Of a DNA stretch of 34,270 nucleotides, positions 19,893 through 27,000 are shown one piece after another (position 1 is the stretch's first letter; every line of letters begins with the position of its first letter). Under the pieces are notes generated by a model. It made no database searches and had not been told where the DNA came from. It worked only from the letters and a program-made list of their open reading frames with translations. Made by a program: the position numbers and the translations under genes. This DNA is from a virus (taxonomy: Duplodnaviria > Caudoviricetes): positions 1-34,270 of the IMG/VR virus record IMGVR_UViG_3300037461_000334; one strand, given 5' to 3'.

Positions 19893-20542
19893 CCTATATG
19901 TTTGCAATATTTGTCTAATAATGTTACTGCTCTGAATCCCTTCTGATAATAAGCCTGTCCGATCCTGCACTCGGTTAATGCGTTAAAATCTCCAGGCTGA
20001 ATAAACCCGGTAAACGGAGCAACCAGTTGATAATCCGCCAACCGCCTTAAGCCAGGATTCCATGAGAAACCGTGCCATGATCCACCGAGTGCTCCGGTTG
20101 CCATGTACCGGTAATTAATATTTTTGAGGTTATAAACCGTTGGTTCGACCGGGTGAGTGTTCGTGTCCTGCAATCCCCTTAACCATACCTGTAAAATCTT
20201 TGGAAACTCCTCAAGTATCTGAAGGCTCGCACTCATAAATCCTGACTTGTAGAACTCCCAGTCATTCTCTAAATGAAAGATAAATGGAGTTTTAACCTTG
20301 CTATAAGCCCAGTCAATAGAGGGTATTTGCCCCTGATTAGTCCGGTTAAAAAATAACCTTACCGGTATATGAAAATCGAACAATTCAAAGTATTGTCTTA
20401 TCTCATCATGCACCTCCTGTTTGCCGGAGTCGTCAATCAGTATTATCTCATCAAGACAAACATCATTGAACTCCATAAATGAACTGAAGGTTTGCCTTAA
20501 CAAACTAACCCGACCGCATGATGTGATGACAAGAGTTATCAT
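19889..20542 (-). CDS. glycosyltransferase family 2-like
   Basis: ITSCGR..LL..T..SF, IDDSG, N.GQ..SID.AY, FHLENDW, FSWNPGLRR, HIG motifs. Confidence 0.8.
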   Translation of the reverse strand: MITLVITSCGRVSLLRQTFSSFMEFNDVCLDEIILIDDSGKQEVHDEIRQYFELFDFHIPVRLFFNRTNQGQIPSIDWAYSKVKTPFIFHLENDWEFYKSGFMSASLQILEEFPKILQVWLRGLQDTNTHPVEPTVYNLKNINYRYMATGALGGSWHGFSWNPGLRRLADYQLVAPFTGFIQPGDFNALTECRIGQAYYQKGFRAVTLLDKYCKHIG

Positions 20543-21138
20543 GCCATATTTATTTTTGCGTTCTCTTCCATTTCTGCCCGGTAATCAAAATCCGTAAGCC
20601 GGATGTCTGAATAACTCGGCCTCTGCCATGCGATAAGCGGAGAGCAGACAAAGCAGTTAAGTAGTGCCTGACCTCTCATAAATAGCCAGTGATCAATCTG
20701 ATTAAACTCTTTATTATCGGGATCCCATAACTCTATCATCTTTCTCCTTCCCTTTGCACTGTAAAGCATAGCATGGGTACAATGAACCCCGCCGGTAATC
20801 ATATACAGATTTTCGCTGTACTTAATCGCAGGTGTTTTAACATTTGCACCCAGATAAAGAATATCAAAATCAGAGGGTAATTGTTTAATAGCCTTCAGAA
20901 ATATATCACTCCAATTATCCGATAGATGTATGTCATCTTCAAAGATCAGTATTGAATGATTGAAGTCCTGTTTTAAAACTGCATGATGACTCAAAGCACA
21001 GCCCCTCTCCCCGCTATGTGATACTATTGCGGAGAACCTTTGATAATCGGTTATGCCGGCCTTCTCAAGCTCACTGACAGTCTCTGACCAGCGATCCTGA
21101 CGAAAATCCAAATTAATGACAATTATATCAAGCCCCAT
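20539..21138 (-). CDS. glycosyltransferase family 25-like
   Basis: INLD.RQDRW, RFSAI, GCALSH, LIFEDD, DILYLG, THA, ID.W, QRPSYSDI motifs. Confidence 0.9.
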   Translation of the reverse strand: MGLDIIVINLDFRQDRWSETVSELEKAGITDYQRFSAIVSHSGERGCALSHHAVLKQDFNHSILIFEDDIHLSDNWSDIFLKAIKQLPSDFDILYLGANVKTPAIKYSENLYMITGGVHCTHAMLYSAKGRRKMIELWDPDNKEFNQIDHWLFMRGQALLNCFVCSPLIAWQRPSYSDIRLTDFDYRAEMEENAKINMA

Positions 21139-21908
21139 ACATTTGTTTTCAAGTTATCACTTGAACAGGTATTTTCATCCCTGTATTCATGCAACCTCTC
21201 TCCCAGCCTTAACCCGGTTACTTTTATTTTTGTCTTATCATTGCCGTATTTTTGAATAAAAGCAGAGGCTAGATCAATTAATTTATAAGCATCCATCGGC
21301 ACTGTATGAGTCCCCGGATCATCCATTTTTGAAAGTATGAAATCAACGATAGTCTGCGGTGAAATGAAAAACCGAGTCATATCCATTGATGTTATACTGA
21401 TTTCGTTCTTTTCCCTTATCTGATCAAGCCATATATTTAAAACCGATCCATTCGACCAGAGTATATTCCCTGATCTTATGTTTGTAAACCCAGCCTGCAA
21501 TACAACAGCCTCAATCAGTGATTTAGTCCGCCCGTAAACTGAGCCCGGATTAACCGCCTTGTCACTGCTCATGTTAATCAGCTTACAGCCATTAAGAATA
21601 CAGGCGTTAATAACATTTAATGAACCCTGCACGTTTGTCATTATGGCCTCCCGTGCGTTCTGCTCACAAATGTCAATATGTTTTAGTGCCGCTAAATGGA
21701 AGCAGTAATCCTGCCCCTTAATCGCTTTATAAACGCCGGATGAATCCCTTATATCCCCAATTATGTAATTAAATTCCGGGTGCTTCGCTTTCATTTCAGC
21801 CTGCCTCTGCTCTCCTCTTGAAAATATAGTAACATCATAACCTTTAAGGCTTTTTGCCATACATCGACCAATTGTTCCCGTTCCCCCGGTTATTAGGCTT
21901 TTTTTCAT
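21123..21908 (-). CDS. NAD-dependent nucleotide-sugar dehydratase (UDP-GlcNAc 4,6-dehydratase, PseB/FlaA1/CapD-like)
   Basis: ITGGTGTIG, GDIRD, FHLAALKH, TNV.GS.NV, SSDKAVNP.SVYG.TK, MTRFF, GLR.GERLHE motifs. Confidence 0.9.
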   Translation of the reverse strand: MKKSLITGGTGTIGRCMAKSLKGYDVTIFSRGEQRQAEMKAKHPEFNYIIGDIRDSSGVYKAIKGQDYCFHLAALKHIDICEQNAREAIMTNVQGSLNVINACILNGCKLINMSSDKAVNPGSVYGRTKSLIEAVVLQAGFTNIRSGNILWSNGSVLNIWLDQIREKNEISITSMDMTRFFISPQTIVDFILSKMDDPGTHTVPMDAYKLIDLASAFIQKYGNDKTKIKVTGLRLGERLHEYRDENTCSSDNLKTNVWGLI

Positions 21909-21931
21909 ACTGTAAATTTCAGCATATTATT

Positions 21932-21950
21932 TTTAATTAGACTAAATAAA
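21932..21950. promoter_or_regulatory. 19-bp 9-1-9 palindromic operator-like site (copy 2)
   Basis: TTTAATTAG-A-CTAAATAAA upstream of the glycosylation operon; 17/19 identical to 14229-14247. Confidence 0.55.
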
Positions 21951-22074
21951 TATAAAAGGTTATTAACTAATTGCATGAAGCTATTAACTTAACTATATCT
22001 GCTCAAATAGAGTGATTAGAGTAGGATTGTTACTTATACCCGGTAGTTGTATGCAAGCGTAAAAGACACAGCAT

Positions 22075-22838
22075 TTAATCAACTGTTGTGCAACTTTTAC
22101 CGTATTTTTTAAAAGCCCTGCCCGCTTCGGTTTTTTCAAAACCGTTTGAATTATCATAGTGCTTTGGGTATGGTTTCTCTTTTAGTAAACATTTTGCAAT
22201 TGATTTTTGGTTAATAAAATAAATGTATCTGAATTGCCTTAATTCAATTTTAGTTGCTTTTTCGTGGAATCCTTTAGCCTCTAATCTTGCTTTACTGTTC
22301 CTGTTATTATTAGTTATATGGCTGTTGTGGTAAATCTCATTTTCAAATTCCCACATTACATTCGTGTGTTCGCCATAAAACTTGAAATTAGCCGCTTGGT
22401 AAACAATACCCAAACCACCACATCTTTCATCAGCAAAACTCTGAATCCATTTTACTTTGGGAAATTTGCCACGAATGTATTTTATACTGTATGATATTGC
22501 CCTGCTTTCTGTATTTCTTGGTGCTTTATCATCAAACCACATTCGGTTTAATTCTTTATACTCATTTAGTTCTGTATCACTAACAACAGATGCCATACTT
22601 TGCGGATTCATTGCATATCCATATTGTAATACACCCAAAAGCTCGCCATTTATAAAACAGCCCAAATGAATATGAGTTGTTGCATCATTACAAACTTTGT
22701 GGCTATAATGGTTTTTTATTACCAGCTCTTTGCTTTTTTGTTTTGCAATTTCTTTAATATAAAAATCAGGTTCACCAAAGCCAATTATTTCAGGTTTACC
22801 AAATAATGTCGGGTTTGTAATATAATTTTTTTTGCCAT
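22075..22838 (-). CDS. mom: Mu Mom-family DNA adenine modification protein; ATG at 22838 is out of frame across an A8 run (254 aa if one A is added or -1 slippage occurs)
   Basis: NHYS, HLG.F....L.GVLQYGYAMNP, ELNRMW..D..PRN.ESRAISY, WIQSFADERCG..G.VYQA.NF, QFRYI, PYPK match recalled Mu Mom sequence; Mom frame continues upstream of the track's TTG start (22665) to the A-run at 22826-22833. Confidence 0.85.
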
Positions 22839-22902
22839 CGCTCTGCTTTTAAAAAATACTATTGTCGTTCATTTAATTATCATTTGCGGTTAAAAAACGC
22901 CA

Positions 22903-23004
22903 GCATACAACACGTTGTATATGTCAGTTTTGCCAATTGGCTTTTGTGCTTTGAATCGAAGTATGTGCGTGGCAAAACCGAACACATACAACCATTCGTT
23001 AGGT
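22903..23004. repeat. integron attC-like imperfect hairpin
   Basis: Arms GTTGTATATGTCAGTTTTGCCA (22914-22935) and TGGCAAAACCGAACACATACAAC (22970-22992), bounded by ..ATACAAC (ends 22911) and GTTAGGT (22998-23004). Confidence 0.6.
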
Positions 23005-23110
23005 TGCATACTCGCCCTCGCTATTTTTTAAAGGCATTAACAGGCGAAATCCAGGACAACGGCAGTTTTGACAAACAGCCGTGACACATGACAATGACAG
23101 GCTACTGAAC

Positions 23111-23995
23111 CTACAAGTATGTAAGTTCAATAGCCTTGAAAATTTGATACGGTACATAAGGATTAACTGAGTTACCAAGTGCTCTTATTCTGTCCACCCG
23201 ATGGGATACCCTTGCATTACTTCTGCAAAGTTCGGATGCAACTTCAATCCAGTCTCGTAACCAATTTGCCTGCCCGGTTCGTCTAATCGTTTCCGATTCC
23301 CTTTTTGTTTGCTCATACCGGGCGTATCCTTCCAAGACCTCGCAGTCAATGTAGCAATCGCTGTCTGGACATCCATTCCACCCGTCCCGTGTATTCCCGG
23401 ACTGTTTGCCGATTGCGCCTTCAAAGTTGGAATTGACTTCAATTTGCCTGTTAAAGTTAATGTTACCGGCCGGGTTTTGTCCCCATTGCTGTACTGATAA
23501 TTTCCGCTTTCTTGACTCCTGATTGTAGGCAATGATCCATACCCGTTCTCTTTTATCCCACGCTCCGACGCTTGCAGATGGAATAATAAACGGTTGGACT
23601 TCATAACCCTCACCTTCCAGCGCAAGGCAAATATTTTCGAGTTCCATTCCGATGATCCCAGGAACATTCTCACCAACGATGAAAGGCGACCGTACCTCTC
23701 GTATAACTCGAAACATTTCCGGCCAGAGATGACGGTCATCTCCTTTCCCTTTTTGCTTCCCTGCAACGGAAAAAGGTTGGCAAGGAAACCCTCCTGTAAT
23801 GATGTCGATTTTTCCTTCATATTCTTTACCATTAAAATCTTTAATATCCAGATAGCACTTTGATTCAGGAAAATGCTTTGCAACCTTTGAGTTGCACCAT
23901 TGATCAATCTCAACATGAGCAATATTATTCCAACCCATCCATGATGCAGCTAACTGAAAACCCCCGATACCGTTGAATAATGCTAAGTGATCCAT
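23111..23995 (-). CDS. dcm: DNA (cytosine-5)-methyltransferase, alpha subunit
   Basis: Motif I LFNGIGG, IV GGFPCQPFS, VI ENVPG, VIII KRERVW, X ALGNSV; motif IX not evident in this frame. Confidence 0.9.
   Translation of the reverse strand: MDHLALFNGIGGFQLAASWMGWNNIAHVEIDQWCNSKVAKHFPESKCYLDIKDFNGKEYEGKIDIITGGFPCQPFSVAGKQKGKGDDRHLWPEMFRVIREVRSPFIVGENVPGIIGMELENICLALEGEGYEVQPFIIPSASVGAWDKRERVWIIAYNQESRKRKLSVQQWGQNPAGNINFNRQIEVNSNFEGAIGKQSGNTRDGWNGCPDSDCYIDCEVLEGYARYEQTKRESETIRRTGQANWLRDWIEVASELCRSNARVSHRVDRIRALGNSVNPYVPYQIFKAIELTYL
23185..23922 (-). CDS. nested alternative-frame beta subunit of the C5 methyltransferase (true start probably internal)
   Basis: 245-codon same-strand overlapping ORF ending TLTARSWKD...KLHPNFAEVMQGYPIGWTE (target-recognition/motif IX-like). 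Confidence 0.65.
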   Translation of the reverse strand: MLMLRLINGATQRLQSIFLNQSAIWILKILMVKNMKEKSTSLQEGFLANLFPLQGSKKGKEMTVISGRKCFELYERYGRLSSLVRMFLGSSEWNSKIFALRWKVRVMKSNRLLFHLQASERGIKENGYGSLPTIRSQESGNYQYSNGDKTRPVTLTLTGKLKSIPTLKAQSANSPGIHGTGGMDVQTAIATLTARSWKDTPGMSKQKGNRKRLDEPGRQIGYETGLKLHPNFAEVMQGYPIGWTE

Positions 23996-24092
23996 GTTTC
24001 TATTAATTTTGGCCTACCGGCCACGCCTGTTAAAGCCTTTAAAAATAGGTTGCATACCATATCGGGTATAATTTCAGCAAATACACGCCTAT

Positions 24093-24503
24093 TCATACCT
24101 TATCGGGTATAAGTTGCCTAACCTTATTCCAATACCTGTCAGTTCCTCTGCCGGATCCATTCCAGTCCCTCGCAATTTTCTCATAGTCCCGCCCTCTTGC
24201 ATAATACCGGAAGACCTTTTCAGCCTTGCCCCTGTTAAGCATATCGGATAACTCATACCTTATGCCTGTCCTCTGATAATAGTCGTCGAGCCTTATCTGC
24301 CGTACCTGGAAGAAGCCATAAGCCTGCTCGCTGTGATTAATTGCGCTGTCATTATGCGAGCTTTCAACAAAACCGATAGCATCTATTAACCTTGCATAAC
24401 AGTCAACCGGCGGGGTATATTCAACGCAAATTGTGCGGTACTCCGGGGCGTAAATCTCCGCAGAGATAAGCAGGAAGAAAAGTAGTTTAATTATTCGCTT
24501 CAT
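24093..24503 (-). CDS. lysozyme/transglycosylase-like protein with N-terminal signal peptide
   Basis: AI..VES (catalytic Glu), A.G.FQ, IAR.WNG...YW.KV motifs; MKR plus hydrophobic N-terminus. Confidence 0.65.
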   Translation of the reverse strand: MKRIIKLLFFLLISAEIYAPEYRTICVEYTPPVDCYARLIDAIGFVESSHNDSAINHSEQAYGFFQVRQIRLDDYYQRTGIRYELSDMLNRGKAEKVFRYYARGRDYEKIARDWNGSGRGTDRYWNKVRQLIPDKV

Positions 24504-24524
24504 TGCATTTGTTTTTGCCGTAAA

Positions 24525-24770
24525 TTATTGCTTAATGTACGGCATAGTTTCGAAAGATTCTGTCGCCATTATTTGCTTATTTTGCGACAACTCCGCAAGC
24601 CTTTGCTGTACCCTAATCTCATTACCACTAATAAGATAACATACTAATTTTCTGCCCATAACACACTTTCTTAATACTCGCAAAGCCTTAAAAGAAGTAT
24701 AATTATTTCCCGTAACCCCCTCGGCTAATAACTTATTGACTACAACATCTAATAATTCTTCTTGCTTCAT
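24525..24770 (-). CDS. hypothetical protein
   Basis: ORF track; co-oriented, tightly packed. Confidence 0.55.
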   Translation of the reverse strand: MKQEELLDVVVNKLLAEGVTGNNYTSFKALRVLRKCVMGRKLVCYLISGNEIRVQQRLAELSQNKQIMATESFETMPYIKQ

Positions 24771-24771
24771 C

Positions 24772-24969
24772 TCATTTAACCTCTATTATCCATCCTAAAA
24801 TTTTGTCAACCTCGGCATCCGATAATTCAGATGTTGTTTTATATCCCTTAGATATTCCATATTCCAAAACTCTTTTGACATTCCGCTTACTTAAAAACCT
24901 CCCCCTGTGTGTAAATGCTGGATAGCTTCTATTAAGTTGGTCTAAGGCTCCTTGTATATCTGCATTCAT
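24772..24969 (-). CDS. hypothetical protein
   Basis: ORF track; ATGA overlap. Confidence 0.6.
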   Translation of the reverse strand: MNADIQGALDQLNRSYPAFTHRGRFLSKRNVKRVLEYGISKGYKTTSELSDAEVDKILGWIIEVK

Positions 24970-25274
24970 AATCCTAAATCTTTCCTTAGTTGCTCAATTT
25001 CAACCTCTAATTCACATTTCATTCCAAAATACTGGTTTGGATTGCTTAAATGAAATCCATTCTTAAGGATATAGAGTAATGCCAGCGTTGCATCAATTAA
25101 CTTATCCTTTTTCTCTGTCAATTCCTCAAAATGCTGATTCGCATTTGCTTCATAAATATCGGGATTACATAATGCCTCAAACTCGGCAATCTTCATAATC
25201 TCATCAGCACATTTTCCTATATTCGCAAAATTTGGAAAATACTTTTGTAGAATTTTAAATACTTTCTCTTCCAT
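24966..25274 (-). CDS. hypothetical protein
   Basis: Likely start MEEKVFK at 25274, just after the upstream stop (track ORF extends to 25322). Confidence 0.55.
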   Translation of the reverse strand: MEEKVFKILQKYFPNFANIGKCADEIMKIAEFEALCNPDIYEANANQHFEELTEKKDKLIDATLALLYILKNGFHLSNPNQYFGMKCELEVEIEQLRKDLGL

Positions 25275-25275
25275 G

Positions 25276-25449
25276 TTAATTAGTTTCTTCATTGTTCGTA
25301 GGTTTATATAAATGAATCCCAACGGTTATAAATAATAGACTTATGCTCATCCCGCAATGTATGGCATCTGTACAGGTGCTTATATTGAATCCCAGATGAA
25401 GGGACTTAACCACCCTGTAATGGTTGCGATATGAAAAGTATAGTTTCAT
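25276..25449 (-). CDS. small hypothetical protein (57 aa)
   Basis: Manually translated MKLYFSYRNHYR...; fills the gap with TAATG coupling. Confidence 0.45.
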   Translation of the reverse strand: MKLYFSYRNHYRVVKSLHLGFNISTCTDAIHCGMSISLLFITVGIHLYKPTNNEETN

Positions 25450-25604
25450 TATTCGTTATTCAATAATTTACCCATTTTCTTTAATAACTCTCGCTCAAGA
25501 ATTATATCATTGGCATCCTTTAATTTACGGGCACGGCCAATAAACCACAGGAAACCCATAACTATCAGGACGATTAAGGCGGACCACATCAGTAATTTTA
25601 TCAT
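25449..25604 (-). CDS. small membrane protein (51 aa)
   Basis: Manually translated MIKLLMWSALIVLIVMGFLWFIGRARK...; ATGA overlap with upstream gene. Confidence 0.55.
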   Translation of the reverse strand: MIKLLMWSALIVLIVMGFLWFIGRARKLKDANDIILERELLKKMGKLLNNE

Positions 25605-25834
25605 TGGATTAGATCACTAATGTTAATATTATAATCCTCATAAAGCCCGTTAATCGCATCAAATATTTCACCAATAGCCTCATCCGCCGTCTGTAAATTA
25701 CTATTCTCCGTCCGCCGCCGTAGGTTGTAACTTATATCCGATAGCACAATAGCCATATCCAGCGACTTGACACATCTCATGTGCGCCATTCTGTCATCGG
25801 GATCATCCAGATTAAATTCAAGTGTTGCTTTCAT
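25601..25834 (-). CDS. hypothetical phage protein
   Basis: ORF track; ATGA-coupled. Confidence 0.65.
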   Translation of the reverse strand: MKATLEFNLDDPDDRMAHMRCVKSLDMAIVLSDISYNLRRRTENSNLQTADEAIGEIFDAINGLYEDYNINISDLIQ

Positions 25835-26229
25835 GGTTTATCAGGTAAAATGATTTTATTAAAGTCCAGTTTGTGCTTAACATAACCATAGTTATTGCGG
25901 AACTTGTAATCAGTTTCAATTAAGCATTTAGCCCGTGTCATTGAATTATAGAACGGCTGATGCGTATCATAGCACCCGGTTAATAATGATACCTCCCGGA
26001 AGCTCCAGCCACAGTCATTGTATAGCACATAGCGCAATAAGTGCCTGCCGTCAGATAACTCCCGCTCCCTGCACTTGCTTATTATTCCGCTTTCATTTGC
26101 CTCAAATAGCCGGGCAATACACCCTGTCAGTGTCTCCGGCAAATGGTCGATGGTGCTTACCACTCCCGGACAGGTGTAGAAGTTGCGCCCCATACGCCTG
26201 TCGATTATTCTGTCTGCTATTACTTGCAT
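25831..26229 (-). CDS. DnaA C-terminal (domain IV)-like helix-turn-helix protein
   Basis: I.SK.R.REL.D.RH...Y.L....GWS..E.....H pattern resembles DnaA_C. Confidence 0.5.
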   Translation of the reverse strand: MQVIADRIIDRRMGRNFYTCPGVVSTIDHLPETLTGCIARLFEANESGIISKCRERELSDGRHLLRYVLYNDCGWSFREVSLLTGCYDTHQPFYNSMTRAKCLIETDYKFRNNYGYVKHKLDFNKIILPDKP

Positions 26230-26232
26230 AGG

Positions 26233-26793
26233 TTATTTTCTTTTAATACCAAAATCGGATTTTCTAATCTTACACATCTTCCCATCTTTACCGTGAAAAA
26301 CAATTCCCTCAATGTCATTCTTTATATCTGATAAATAATCTTTAATTGATTCGAAAGAAAAATCAGTAATAGGGACCCGGCAACATCCATGCTGAATTAA
26401 ATAATGCTTATCGTAACCTTCTGGATTGCCTTGTATTTTCGGCCCGCATAATTCATAAGTACCATCAGCCCACTCGTTAATAACAAAAGCCTCAAAAAAA
26501 TACTTATCTGCCGGTTCGCTGATCTCACACCTTACCCAATGTGGCCAATGTCCAGTAATCGGATCGGGGTCCTGACAGGATATTGCATTAGCCGGGACTT
26601 GTTTCCCCTTCTTTACATCATAACGCTTGTATAATTTGCCATTAATAACAGCGCAGGCCGTGCCGTCAAACTTCCTTGTCGGTATGCCGGGCTCATTAAA
26701 AACCCATTGATTTTCCGGGTTAACCTCATTAATTACCCGGCCCAAATCATTGGGGTCTTTCTTAAAAAGTGTGGTTATCTTTTTCATTTGCAT
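26233..26793 (-). CDS. ATP-dependent RNA ligase-like nucleotidyltransferase (DUF5565-like)
   Basis: Ligase motifs: I TRKFDG, III YELCG, IV EGIVF, V KIRK. Confidence 0.7.
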   Translation of the reverse strand: MQMKKITTLFKKDPNDLGRVINEVNPENQWVFNEPGIPTRKFDGTACAVINGKLYKRYDVKKGKQVPANAISCQDPDPITGHWPHWVRCEISEPADKYFFEAFVINEWADGTYELCGPKIQGNPEGYDKHYLIQHGCCRVPITDFSFESIKDYLSDIKNDIEGIVFHGKDGKMCKIRKSDFGIKRK

Positions 26794-26999
26794 AAGGTTT
26801 TATTTAATTCCATTTTCTTGAACTCTCGTATATTTGATTTCTTTGGTATGTATGCGAAGCCGTGATTGTCCATTAAGTAAACCCTGCCCCTGTCAATGTC
26901 CTTTACAGTTGCGTGAATAGTGAACGGAACAGCCTGCCCATCTTTGCCAACATAGAAGCGGAATAGCCCGAAGTCGCCGACTTTAATATCCTTTGTCAT
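26784..26999 (-). CDS. hypothetical protein
   Basis: ORF track; co-oriented. Confidence 0.55.
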   Translation of the reverse strand: MTKDIKVGDFGLFRFYVGKDGQAVPFTIHATVKDIDRGRVYLMDNHGFAYIPKKSNIREFKKMELNKTLCK

Positions 27000-27000
27000 A

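Noticed and set aside
16445-21908. Interpretation as a host LPS/capsule locus marking a prophage boundary
   Set aside because: Flanked on both sides by co-oriented phage genes, compact ORFs, no wzx/wzy/transport genes
22884-23084. 66-aa plus-strand ORF between mom and dcm as a Com-like regulator
   Set aside because: Overlaps the hairpin, lacks the CxxC zinc-finger pairs of Mu Com, and is on the opposite strand
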